Part shown: positions 48,922 to 58,618 of the stretch, piece by piece
How positions within the stretch are numbered: position 1 is the stretch's first letter
How the letters are laid out: the number at the start of each line of letters is the position of its first letter
Source of the DNA: Candidatus Finniella inopinata
Lineage (GTDB): Bacteria > Pseudomonadota > Alphaproteobacteria > Paracaedibacterales > VGCI01
DNA: 58,618 bases
Reading direction: 5' to 3'
Assembly (NCBI GenBank): GCA_945877185.1
Contig: CAMCRD010000002.1
Location: 1-58,618, forward strand
The notes under the pieces: model-generated
Seen by the model: only the letters and a program-made list of their open reading frames with translations
Databases searched by the model: none
Told to the model about the DNA's origin: nothing
Made by a program: the position numbers and the translations under genes

Positions 48922-50571
48922 TTACGTGGCAGATTTGTCTTGAAGGTCGCTAAAGCGTAATTCTTTTCGTTGTTCAAAAATACTCTTCCTTTTTAAGCTT
49001 GTGTTTTGGCCGTTTCTTATCTTCTTCTTTTGGGGGGATGTTTGATAAGGAGTCAGTTGTAGAGGAGGAAGCGGATAAGACGTAAGCTCTGGTTCACTTT
49101 CATCCAAACCGTTGTCCCCTAGGTTTTGAAGATACTGGCCAAATTGAGCTGTGCCGACACTGAAAACAACAGTGTTGATGTCGCCGGTGGCATCAATGCT
49201 TGTGCGTGTGGCTTCCGTTATAAAAACATCGTTGGCAGCGTCTAAAAGATCGATCAACGAGCGTTTACCGATGATAAATTCATGTAAATAACTATCCCTA
49301 ATATGGCGCTTTTCGTGAATGAGCTTGGTAAGGTGTGCCGATTTATTACGCGCATTCTTAGCTTCCCCCCATGCAGCACGGACGGTACGTTCAGTTTGTC
49401 GACGGGCAAGCGTTAATCGAGCGTGGGCTTCTGTTAGTCGTTTTACAGTTTCTCGAGATTTTGCAAGGTCAGAGCCCCCATTATATAAGTTATGGCGCGC
49501 GACAAGCATCGCTGTCAGTCGGTTTTGAAAACCAGTTGTTGCGCTTGTATTTCGATCTCTCTCGCCTTCTAATTCAAGGGTGATTGTTGGAACAAGCTTT
49601 GAAGCTGATTCCCGATGGATCGTCTCTGCAATTTGTACATTGCTTCTTGCAACCTTGATCGTGCTATTTTTGTCCAAAGCCATGCGAACACCCATTTCAG
49701 CCGAGTGAGTGAGCAGATAAGCAGGCAGCCTAACCCGTTTGATGTGAGTGGGGGCCTCCATTCCAACGAATTCGATGAATTTTGCACGTGCAACGGCTAA
49801 ATCGGATTCAATATTGGATTTAGAGATATGAGTGTCTTGTAAGCGGGCTTCTACTTGATGTAAATCTGAGAGGGGAACCGCACCCGCATGGGCGATCTCG
49901 CTCACTTTATCTCTCATGACTTCATGAAACCGAATATTGTTATTAACAATTCGTAAAAGACGCTGTAGACGGCGCACATCGATCGCGGCAGAAGCGGCAT
50001 CAACAGTTGCCGTATCAGTTGTTACTCCTAATGTGCTATGAGCTTGATGGCGTTGAGAGCGGGCTCGATCTACTCGAGAAGCTGTCCCCATACCATCAAA
50101 CAAAATTTGACGAATGGTAATAGAAGGGTCGGTGCGTGTTAAAGAGATGCTACCCGAGCTTGGAAGGGGATTTATTGAATTAACTGTAAAGTGTCTTCGA
50201 AAATTATCTCGCCCTAAGCTTACGCGTAAATCAATCGATGGCTTATAGCCTGAAGCCGCTTGTTCAATAACATCATCTGAAGCGCTAAGAGCTTGCTTGT
50301 CTGCTTCAATGCTGGGGTGATGTGTTAAGGCTTCTTGTACAATTTTATTGAGCGTCGTAGCGGACATTCGTAAAGGGCTCTTATATTCTTGAGAGGATCC
50401 TTTAGGGTTAAACAGGTCTGTTTGAGGCTCCGACTCTTTTTTCTGCGTATTTTTTGTGTTCGTGAGTGAAGTTATTGGCGCTTTTGCAGAAGCTGCACTG
50501 GTGGCAATTCCCCATAAAATTATAGAAAAGACAGAACATGCGCCAAGTTTTGATAAACAACTTCTAGTCAT
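48922..50571 (-). CDS. tolC: TolC family outer-membrane efflux/type I secretion protein
   Basis: Signal peptide plus two tandem TolC repeats (LNKIVQEALTHHPSIEADKQAL... / ...AVARAKFIEFVG...). A Pro/Lys-rich C-terminal extension follows. Confidence 0.85.
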   Translation of the reverse strand: MTRSCLSKLGACSVFSIILWGIATSAASAKAPITSLTNTKNTQKKESEPQTDLFNPKGSSQEYKSPLRMSATTLNKIVQEALTHHPSIEADKQALSASDDVIEQAASGYKPSIDLRVSLGRDNFRRHFTVNSINPLPSSGSISLTRTDPSITIRQILFDGMGTASRVDRARSQRHQAHSTLGVTTDTATVDAASAAIDVRRLQRLLRIVNNNIRFHEVMRDKVSEIAHAGAVPLSDLHQVEARLQDTHISKSNIESDLAVARAKFIEFVGMEAPTHIKRVRLPAYLLTHSAEMGVRMALDKNSTIKVARSNVQIAETIHRESASKLVPTITLELEGERDRNTSATTGFQNRLTAMLVARHNLYNGGSDLAKSRETVKRLTEAHARLTLARRQTERTVRAAWGEAKNARNKSAHLTKLIHEKRHIRDSYLHEFIIGKRSLIDLLDAANDVFITEATRTSIDATGDINTVVFSVGTAQFGQYLQNLGDNGLDESEPELTSYPLPPLQLTPYQTSPQKKKIRNGQNTSLKRKSIFEQRKELRFSDLQDKSAT

Positions 50572-50708
50572 AGCATAGCCTCTGGCTCCTTTTATATTAA
50601 TGATATCAGTTTATAAAAAATTTTATACATTTTTTTATCTAAAATTAATATAGTTGAAACTTTTTGTGTGGTTTCATGGAAGGGAAAGATATGTAAGGGG
50701 GGCATTCT

Positions 50709-52883
50709 ATGGCTGAAAACAGCCGAATAAAACCGGAGGAAGAACTACAGTACGGGGATGCACTCCTCCAGTGCTTGGAGATTATTTCGGGTTTATTAAA
50801 TTATCGTGTTTCTGCAGAGTCTTTTAAAGCAGGGTTGCCCGTTGGGCCATCAGGTTTTGGGCCATCTTTATTATTGCGTGCAGCGGAACGGTTTAATTTT
50901 AAATCTAAAATTTCAGAGAAAAATTTTGCAGAAATATCTCCTTTATTGTTGCCGTGTATTCTCATATTGAGGGGGGGAAGAGCTTGTGTCCTTGCAAAAT
51001 TAGATAAGGATTATGCAATAGTTTATCTTCCAGAGGATAAGAAAACGCCAAAAACAGTTTCTCTGTCAGATTTAAAGGAATTGTACATAGGTAAAGTGAT
51101 TCTTATAGCCCATAAACCCCTACAGTCTGCTCAATCCTCAATAAGTCCTCCTTTAGAATGGTTTTGGGATACTTTAAAGGTATTTAGCTCAATTTATACG
51201 CAAGTTGTCTGGTCTTCGGCTTTAATTAACCTATTTTTGCTTGCGGGCACTTTATATGCAATGAATATTTACGATAGAGTTTTGCCAAATAAAGCTTTTG
51301 ATACTTTGCTTGTTTTATCTATTGGTATCTTTGTTGTTTACTTCTTTGATTTTATGTTGCGTATGCTTCGTGGATATTTCATTGATATTGCAGGTAAGAA
51401 CGCTGACGTTTTGTTGGGGAGTTTCTTATATGAACGAATCCTAGGGCTGCAATTTATGCATCGTCCCTCATCGGCGGGAGGGCTTGCCCATTACTTGCGG
51501 GAATTTGAGGGGGTTCGGGAATTCTTTTCTTCGACGACTATTGTGAGTTTGGTAGACATCCCCTTTGCCATTTTGTTTTTGTTTGCTATCGGTATGATTT
51601 CAATATCAATGGTTATCGTTCCGATTATTGCTATCGCGCTTATTCTTATCATCAGTTTTCTAATGCAGCCATCCATGAAGGGGTCTGTCAAAAACCTCTT
51701 AAATCAAATGGAATATAAACATGGAATTTTAATGGAATCGCTTACGGGATTGGAAACTGTGAAGTCTATGAATGCTGAAGGAAGAATGTTGCATAAGTGG
51801 GAGCAATCTATATCTGGAACGGCTCTTGCTGCAAATAGAGTATATTATATGTCGTTGTTGTCTTCCAATGCGATTTTTTTCATCCAAAATGCTGCTTACG
51901 TTTTTTTGATTGTTATTGGGGTGTATGAAGTTGCTGCGGGGAGTCTATCGGTTGGAGGATTGATTGCTGCAACGATTTTAACGACGCGAGCTATTGCATC
52001 AACGGGGGCGGTTGTTGGTTTGACGGCACGATTCAACCAAGCTTATACCGCTTTGAAACTCCTGGATATGATTGTGAATTTGCCAGCCGAACGTTCCTCG
52101 AGTACACGGTATGTGCATCGCGATACCTTGCAAGGAGACATTGAATTTCATGATGTGGATTTCTCTTATCCAGGCCACCAGCTTAAGGCCATAAAAAACA
52201 TGTCTTTTAAAATTAAAGCCGGGGAAAAGGTGGCCCTGATTGGACGAATGGGATCAGGCAAAACAACGGTTGAGAAATTAATTTTAGGGTTATACCAGCC
52301 GACTTCAGGAACCATAATGATTGATGGTATTGATATGCGGCAGCTGGATCCGGTAGAAGTCCGGGCAGCTATTGGATATGTATCCCAGGAAGTGTATCTG
52401 TTTCGTGGAACTGTTCGGGACAATATTACGATTGCAAGCGCAACAGCCGAAGATGCACAAATCCTGAAAGCATCTGAAATTTCAGGTGTCGACGACTTTG
52501 TGCGCCATCATCCATCAGGATATGATATGGCCATAGGAGAAGGAGGGTCTGGCTTATCGGGAGGGCAGCGCCAAGCTGTTGCGGTGGCGAGGGCCTTGCT
52601 ACACAATCCGGTAATCTTATTGCTCGATGAACCATCTGCTTCTATGGATCCCGAATCAGAATTTCGGTTAATCAAACGATTGGAAACACATATTCCGGAT
52701 AAGACGCTTATTGTTGTAACGCATCGGAATTCAGTTCTCTCTTTGGTTGATCGTATACTCCTCATTGATCAAGGGCGCGTCCTTGCTGACGGACCTCGAG
52801 ATAAGATTTTAGCAATGTTGGCAAGCGGGGCCGGGCCAAAACCTCAGTCATTAGAGGAGGGGCTTGATGGCCAAGATTCCTGA
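50709..52883 (+). CDS. Type I secretion system ABC permease/ATPase (HlyB-like, with N-terminal C39-like domain)
   Basis: An approx. 150-aa N-terminal domain, then a 6-TM region, then the NBD (GRMGSGKTT, LSGGQRQAVAVARA, ILLLDEPSASMD). Confidence 0.9.
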   Translation: MAENSRIKPEEELQYGDALLQCLEIISGLLNYRVSAESFKAGLPVGPSGFGPSLLLRAAERFNFKSKISEKNFAEISPLLLPCILILRGGRACVLAKLDKDYAIVYLPEDKKTPKTVSLSDLKELYIGKVILIAHKPLQSAQSSISPPLEWFWDTLKVFSSIYTQVVWSSALINLFLLAGTLYAMNIYDRVLPNKAFDTLLVLSIGIFVVYFFDFMLRMLRGYFIDIAGKNADVLLGSFLYERILGLQFMHRPSSAGGLAHYLREFEGVREFFSSTTIVSLVDIPFAILFLFAIGMISISMVIVPIIAIALILIISFLMQPSMKGSVKNLLNQMEYKHGILMESLTGLETVKSMNAEGRMLHKWEQSISGTALAANRVYYMSLLSSNAIFFIQNAAYVFLIVIGVYEVAAGSLSVGGLIAATILTTRAIASTGAVVGLTARFNQAYTALKLLDMIVNLPAERSSSTRYVHRDTLQGDIEFHDVDFSYPGHQLKAIKNMSFKIKAGEKVALIGRMGSGKTTVEKLILGLYQPTSGTIMIDGIDMRQLDPVEVRAAIGYVSQEVYLFRGTVRDNITIASATAEDAQILKASEISGVDDFVRHHPSGYDMAIGEGGSGLSGGQRQAVAVARALLHNPVILLLDEPSASMDPESEFRLIKRLETHIPDKTLIVVTHRNSVLSLVDRILLIDQGRVLADGPRDKILAMLASGAGPKPQSLEEGLDGQDS

Positions 52884-54195
52884 CGAACAAGATTTAGACT
52901 TTTTACCCCCACGGGCAGCTGCTCTTTTTCGAGTTGGCAATAAGAAGGGTTATTTGGCTCAAAAAATAATCCTTTTATTTTTTATAATCTTTATAGTCTG
53001 GGCCTATTTTTCTGAGTTACATGAGGTAACGAAGGGAACTGGAAAGATCATCTCTTCCACACACCTTCAAACAATTAACAATTTGGAAGGCGGTATTATT
53101 AAGGAAATACTCGTTCGCGATGACCAAGTTGTCCAGCAAGGTCAAGTTCTTGTTCGTTTAGATACGACGATTGCTCAGGCAAAATATTATCAGGATCTTG
53201 AGAATTACTATCGATTTCTTGCGACTGTAGAGCGGTTGAGGGCTCAAATTAATAATGCTGAATCTTTTTTTCCGAGCCAAGAACTTATGACAAATGCATC
53301 AAATCTTATACCGCAAGAAATAGAACGGTTTAGGTCTAACAAGCTCAAAAGACAAAACGATATTATGATTGCTCAAAAGGATTTTGAAATTAAAGGTAGG
53401 GAATTGGAAGAAACAAAAACAAAATTTGCGGATGCCAAAAAACAGTATGCTTTTGTTCGTGAGCAGGCGAATCTCACACAGCCTCTTGCTGAGAGCAAGA
53501 TTTTTTCAAGAATAGAATATATTAAAATTATGCGTGATTTGAATGAACAAAAAACTCAATTGGATTTATTAAAAGTCAGCATAAAACGCCTCACCGTAGC
53601 CGTTCAGCAAACGAAAGATCGATATGATCAAGTCATCATTCGGTATCGCACAGAAGATTTACAAGAACTTCGTGAGTTTGAAGGAAAATTAGCCGAAGCC
53701 AAGGGAGCTCAACTGATTGATAAAGATCGGATGATGCGGTCCCAAATCATATCTCCGATTACAGGAACAATTCGCGATCTTAAAGTTCGGACGGTAGGGG
53801 GCGTTATTCAACCCGGTGAAGCTATTTTGGATATTGTTCCCTTAAATGATACTTTAATTGTTGAGGCCCAGATGGCGCCATCAGATATGGGTTTTGTGCG
53901 TGTAGGTTTATCAGCAACGATTAAAGTGACGGCTTATGATTTCAGTAGCTTTGGAGGCTTGGACGCCACTGTGGAACAGATTAGCCCAGATGCAATTACC
54001 GATAAACGAGAGCAAAGTTATTTCCGCGTCTTTTTGCGAACGACTTCAAATGTTCTGGTTAAGGACGGAAAAGCGCATCGTATTATGCCAGGAATGCAGG
54101 TAGAAGTAGATATCTTGACAGGTCAAAAGTCTATTCTTACGTATCTCTTTAAACCATTCTTGCGCGCTCTAGGAAACTCTATGACAGAGCGGTAA
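52867..54195 (+). CDS. HlyD family type I secretion periplasmic adaptor
   Basis: Single N-terminal TM, a long coiled-coil, the lipoyl/beta-barrel motifs ISPITGTIRDLKVRTVGGVIQPGEAILDIVP, and a C-terminal block (SILTYLFKPF) resembling the conserved HlyD-family C-terminus. It overlaps the ABC gene end. Confidence 0.9.
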   Translation: MAKIPDEQDLDFLPPRAAALFRVGNKKGYLAQKIILLFFIIFIVWAYFSELHEVTKGTGKIISSTHLQTINNLEGGIIKEILVRDDQVVQQGQVLVRLDTTIAQAKYYQDLENYYRFLATVERLRAQINNAESFFPSQELMTNASNLIPQEIERFRSNKLKRQNDIMIAQKDFEIKGRELEETKTKFADAKKQYAFVREQANLTQPLAESKIFSRIEYIKIMRDLNEQKTQLDLLKVSIKRLTVAVQQTKDRYDQVIIRYRTEDLQELREFEGKLAEAKGAQLIDKDRMMRSQIISPITGTIRDLKVRTVGGVIQPGEAILDIVPLNDTLIVEAQMAPSDMGFVRVGLSATIKVTAYDFSSFGGLDATVEQISPDAITDKREQSYFRVFLRTTSNVLVKDGKAHRIMPGMQVEVDILTGQKSILTYLFKPFLRALGNSMTER

Positions 54196-54265
54196 GATAT
54201 CACAAAACAAGCGACCTTAAAATATTCTTTAATAAATAAGGTATGGTTAGTTAAAAAGAGTATCT

Positions 54266-54775
54266 TTACGTAGGAAGTCTTTTCATAACAAAGCGATTCA
54301 TGACCCAAATGGTGAGGGGATAAAGGCCAATCGTCATGGCTAAGCCAGGTAAAAGAGGAAAGATTCCAACCCATTCATGTTTAACGCAAGATAAGAGGGC
54401 TGCATAGATGAGGGCGTCGACGAGCACGAAGGCGCCAAATCCCCCCCAAACCCACAGAAATCTTTGATGACTTAAGATTCGGCGCTGCGTCATAAGAAGC
54501 GTGTAAGCAATCAGTAAGCGCAAAGCAGAAAAGCCTAGGGGGTAGGCGTAAATGCCATCCTGAATGAGACTGATTAAAACAAGCTGTTCGATTGGCATCA
54601 AATCTGAGCGATAGAGTGTCCAGTGGTAAAGGATAATCAAAATTAGAGTAGGCTGAATTCCAATTTTTTGCCATAGGGGCAGAATTGTCAAACAGACGAC
54701 AGCAACCAAAAAAACAAAGGCTAAGAGGCGGACTTTCCAAATGCGCCAGAGCATTGATTCTTCATGGTGCATCAT
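54266..54775 (-). CDS. mreD: Rod shape-determining protein MreD
   Basis: 169-aa polytopic membrane protein downstream of mreC. The LISLIQDGIYAYPLGFSAL block is typical of MreD. Confidence 0.75.
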   Translation of the reverse strand: MMHHEESMLWRIWKVRLLAFVFLVAVVCLTILPLWQKIGIQPTLILIILYHWTLYRSDLMPIEQLVLISLIQDGIYAYPLGFSALRLLIAYTLLMTQRRILSHQRFLWVWGGFGAFVLVDALIYAALLSCVKHEWVGIFPLLPGLAMTIGLYPLTIWVMNRFVMKRLPT

Positions 54776-54856
54776 GAAGGGTGGCCTACTTCCTGATTCA
54801 TGGGCTTATTTAGTTGAATATTAAAAATAGGATTCAAAACTAGAATGATAAATACA

Positions 54857-54980
54857 GTCATTGCGAGGAGCGAAGCGACGTGGCAATCCATGTATTCAGA
54901 ACCTTTTTCAGCATTATGTTGTGTTGAAATATTTAAAAAAAATGCATGGATTGCCACGTCGCTTCGCTCCTCGCAATGAC
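54857..54980. repeat. Palindromic MITE-like element, copy 3 (between mreC and mreD)
   Basis: Arms gtcattgcgaggagcgaagcgacgtggcaatccatgtat / tgcatggattgccacgtcgcttcgctcctcgcaatgac. It generates the spurious ORF 54772..55014 (RHCEERSDVAIHA ... MDCHVASLLAMT). Confidence 0.88.
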
Positions 54981-55022
54981 GGAAAAAGGATAGGCTCTCT
55001 ACTTTTTTAAGCATTCGACTAT

Positions 55023-55964
55023 TTAAAGACCAAAGAGAATGGTCACAAAAGCAGGAGTTTCTTTAACAAAGGGGCGGGCGATAATAGTATCACTTGTTAC
55101 ATGAGTGACAACGGCAACCGGCAAACCACGAGGGAAAATGCCGCCATAGCCAGAGGTGATCAAGCGGTCACCCACTCTAACTTTAGCAGATTTCTCCAGA
55201 TGAATGAGGTGAAGTTCAGGGCTATTTTGCCCAGCAATGACACCGTGATCTTGGGTAGATTCAATTTCGATGGGAATGCGAGAAGATAAATCTGTTAAAG
55301 GCATAACCCGAGCTGTTGTTGTCGAAAGTCCCCCAACGTCACTCACCCGACCCACGACCCCATCGGCTGTAATCACGGGTTGATCTTTGGCGACCCCATC
55401 TTTTTCGAGGGCTCTTATGGTTAATAAAGCATTCATCCCATCGCTCACGCGACCAATGACGCGTGCTGAAACATGGTCAACTGTTGGGTCAGGAAGTGCT
55501 TTTGTGAGCTGTTGCAATTGGTGATGATCGAAAGTTTTTTGGCGTAAAGACTGAATGAGGACTAGAAAATTTTCATTTTCTTTACGCAAAGTTGCAACTT
55601 CTGTTCGTAAACTTTCATGGGTGCGTAACAAATCGCTCCAGGATGTCAAAGCTGTAAATGGTTGGGTTACGACATCCACAATTGGCATCGTTATATCCAG
55701 AAGGGCAGCATTCAGATGGTGAACAGCCCTATTGTCTCGAAGGGACAATGTAAAAACAATAAGAGCCCCAATGAGGCAGGAGAGAATGCCAACAGGGAAA
55801 GGTGTATGGCTAAGAGAGGGCCGCACCTGAGGAAGGACAGCATACCGCAAGGTCTGGCGCCGCATGCTGAGCGTTTTCAGTCCTAAGGGTACAAATTTGA
55901 TCATGAATGAATAGCTGCCTTTTGGTGTGTATGGCTTTTTAAGGGTTCTTAATGGTGATACCAT
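55023..55964 (-). CDS. mreC: Rod shape-determining protein MreC
   Basis: TM segment, coiled-coil (LRTEVATLRKENENF), and beta-barrel motifs GVVGRVSDVG and ITSGYGGIFPRGLPVAVV. The start may be an internal Met (M21 or M34). Confidence 0.85.
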   Translation of the reverse strand: MVSPLRTLKKPYTPKGSYSFMIKFVPLGLKTLSMRRQTLRYAVLPQVRPSLSHTPFPVGILSCLIGALIVFTLSLRDNRAVHHLNAALLDITMPIVDVVTQPFTALTSWSDLLRTHESLRTEVATLRKENENFLVLIQSLRQKTFDHHQLQQLTKALPDPTVDHVSARVIGRVSDGMNALLTIRALEKDGVAKDQPVITADGVVGRVSDVGGLSTTTARVMPLTDLSSRIPIEIESTQDHGVIAGQNSPELHLIHLEKSAKVRVGDRLITSGYGGIFPRGLPVAVVTHVTSDTIIARPFVKETPAFVTILFGL

Positions 55965-56033
55965 AAAAATGAAGAACTAAGAATGATAATATCTGACTAT
56001 GAAAACAGTTTAAAGGGTCTTTTTCATATTTTA

Positions 56034-57107
<1,074 letters not shown>

Positions 57108-57262
57108 TTAATCCATAGTTTTACGAGGAATAGGGGGGAAACTGCAAGTGTTTTATAAAGAAGACGCGAATCTAATTTCTTAAAATTTTACGATAAAAAC
57201 CAAATCTTAACGATTTTACTTTAAAATCTTATTTATGGCAAAGCAATGTGAAGAGGCATCAA

Positions 57263-58264
57263 ATGAAGAAGGGTTATATTTTTCCAGCTGTCCTTGGTCT
57301 TGCTTTCATTGGGTTCCAGCAAGAAACAAAGGCACAACAAAATTTAAAATGGCCGTTTTCTATCAAGAAGACAGATCAATCTGCGCAATCTCTAGAGAAT
57401 ATCCTTAATAAGATGAAGAAACGCGAGGAGCTTTCTTCAAGAGAAAAGCAGGACTTTGATCAAGCATTAAAACAGATTCAGGAGAAAATTAAGAAAGCAG
57501 GAGGGAAACAAACAACCCTTTCCAGCCTAGAGGCGGGGATTTATAACCAAAACCTCATCAATCAGGTCTCCCCCACAATCGAGGAGATTCTGGAAAGTGG
57601 CCTTAACTATGCTTGGGGTATGGACCTTGCCCTTATTGAAGAGCGCGGGGGTAAACTCAGGGCTTCTATTGGGGGAGGAGGGGCTGATCTGTCTTCAGTT
57701 GTTACATCCTATCAAAAACTTAAAGAAGATGCGGAAACAAAAAAGAAGAAGTATACCCAAGAAAAAGAAGAGGCCAATAAGAAAATCATACAAATTACAG
57801 AAGAAACAAAAAGAAAATTAGAAGCTTTAAACCCTATTGATACGCCAGAGCGTTCATCAGAAAAACAGAAAATCCTAGAGGAAGAGAAAGCAGCCTTAGA
57901 GCCGCTTCAAAAAATAATTTTGGATCAAACGAAGAATTTGAAAGGTGTTACAGACGCCCTTGAGAAAGCTGTCACAAATATCATGGCTATTAGTAAACTT
58001 TCCCGCGAACAGGTAGAAGGTTTACCATCCTGGAGCGTATGGAAAGAAATGAAAGCCCATCCAGAAACCATACCTCAAAAAATACAACCGTCAGTATTGT
58101 CTCGATCCCGACGGGCAGTGCCCCACCAGCCTCCTCAACGGGCAATTCCTCAGAAACCTGATGAGGCGCAAGAAACCACAGCCCCACGTCGTCCCCTGCC
58201 TTCTTTGCCAAACAGTGGGCCGCCTTCACGGCGGCCTCCACCAATACCCTCTCAATTAGGGTGA
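57263..58264 (+). CDS. Hypothetical exported protein with K/E-rich coiled-coil and proline-rich C-terminus (333 aa)
   Basis: The ATG at 57263 has aagagg 7 nt upstream. Leader MKKGYIFPAVLGLAFIGFQQETKA|QQ. The C-terminus is APRRPLPSLPNSGPPSRRPPPIPSQLG. Confidence 0.65.
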   Translation: MKKGYIFPAVLGLAFIGFQQETKAQQNLKWPFSIKKTDQSAQSLENILNKMKKREELSSREKQDFDQALKQIQEKIKKAGGKQTTLSSLEAGIYNQNLINQVSPTIEEILESGLNYAWGMDLALIEERGGKLRASIGGGGADLSSVVTSYQKLKEDAETKKKKYTQEKEEANKKIIQITEETKRKLEALNPIDTPERSSEKQKILEEEKAALEPLQKIILDQTKNLKGVTDALEKAVTNIMAISKLSREQVEGLPSWSVWKEMKAHPETIPQKIQPSVLSRSRRAVPHQPPQRAIPQKPDEAQETTAPRRPLPSLPNSGPPSRRPPPIPSQLG

Positions 58265-58618
58265 TGATAGGGATCTTCAGGTCTATTGTCTCAATTGAGA
58301 AAAAACTTTTGACTTTGGGTTACACGCCATTGTAACCTAAGGTGGTAAGCTGGAGAGTATTGGCCAAGTAAGCAGCACATCTCCATCTTATATTAAGGGT
58401 TGTTACGAATGGTTCGTAACAGCGCAACGTATGAGCACTTAGACCTGCCCACACGTTGCTAACCAAGACCATGGCGATTGCACTGAAATTACCATAGCCG
58501 TCTAAAAAATTCCCTCCTAAGTTCTTATTTGGCTTTTCTGCTGCTCTACCCGTTGCTATTATCCTTTTTAATCAATAAAGAAAAAGGATACCGAGATGCA
58601 GCTATCGGATACTTTCCT

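Noticed and set aside
54772-55014. 80-aa ORF between mreC and mreD
   Set aside because: Its sequence is the read-through of both arms of the palindromic element (RHCEERSDVAIHA / MDCHVASLLAMT). It has no RBS and no independent coding signal, so I treat it as an artefact of the repeat.
58401-58421. Alphaproteobacterial LexA box (GTTC-N7-GTTC)
   Set aside because: The sequence gttacgaatggttcg gives GTTA-N6-GTTC. Both the spacing and the half-site are wrong, so I make no SOS-box call.
58596-58618. Start of a CDS (atgcagctatcggatactttcct) after aaaaagga at the window end
   Set aside because: Only 23 nt are available, which is too little to support a coding call.

Overview
This 58.6-kb window looks like part of an alphaproteobacterial chromosome, probably from an intracellular or protist-associated lineage (Holosporales/Rickettsiales-like; this is an inference). 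The support is an alphaproteobacterial-type addB/addA pair, atpHAGDC encoded without the F0 genes, rpoH, a ProP-like MFS transporter and an orphan bioY. The core backbone is: msbA-like ABC exporter plus DUF374 acyltransferase; P1B ATPase; rpoH; mrcA; gyrB-recF-dnaN-dnaA (minus strand); mlaA/mlaC; atpHAGDC; Nudix-CPBP-murU-like-addB ... addA; a TolC/ABC/HlyD type I secretion locus; and mreBCD. Accessory DNA, clearly AT-richer by eye, interrupts this backbone. (1) An island at about 3.3-9.1 kb carries Sec-leader-bearing orphan proteins, including a divergent trypsin-like protease and an F-box-like/LRR protein. It contains a dapE fragment and a transposase remnant. (2) An AAA+/DUF4143 ATPase gene abuts a shortened atpC with zero spacer. 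(3) A low-GC orphan gene is bracketed by a 207-bp direct duplication of the 3' end of its neighbour. (4) An eptA-dgkA cassette splits addB from addA. A palindromic MITE-like element of about 110-125 bp occurs three times intact, each time between co-oriented genes of conserved operons, plus one degenerate copy. I found no rRNA, tRNA or CRISPR array by eye. GC statements are eyeball estimates, not computed, and all family assignments are motif-level and untested by search.
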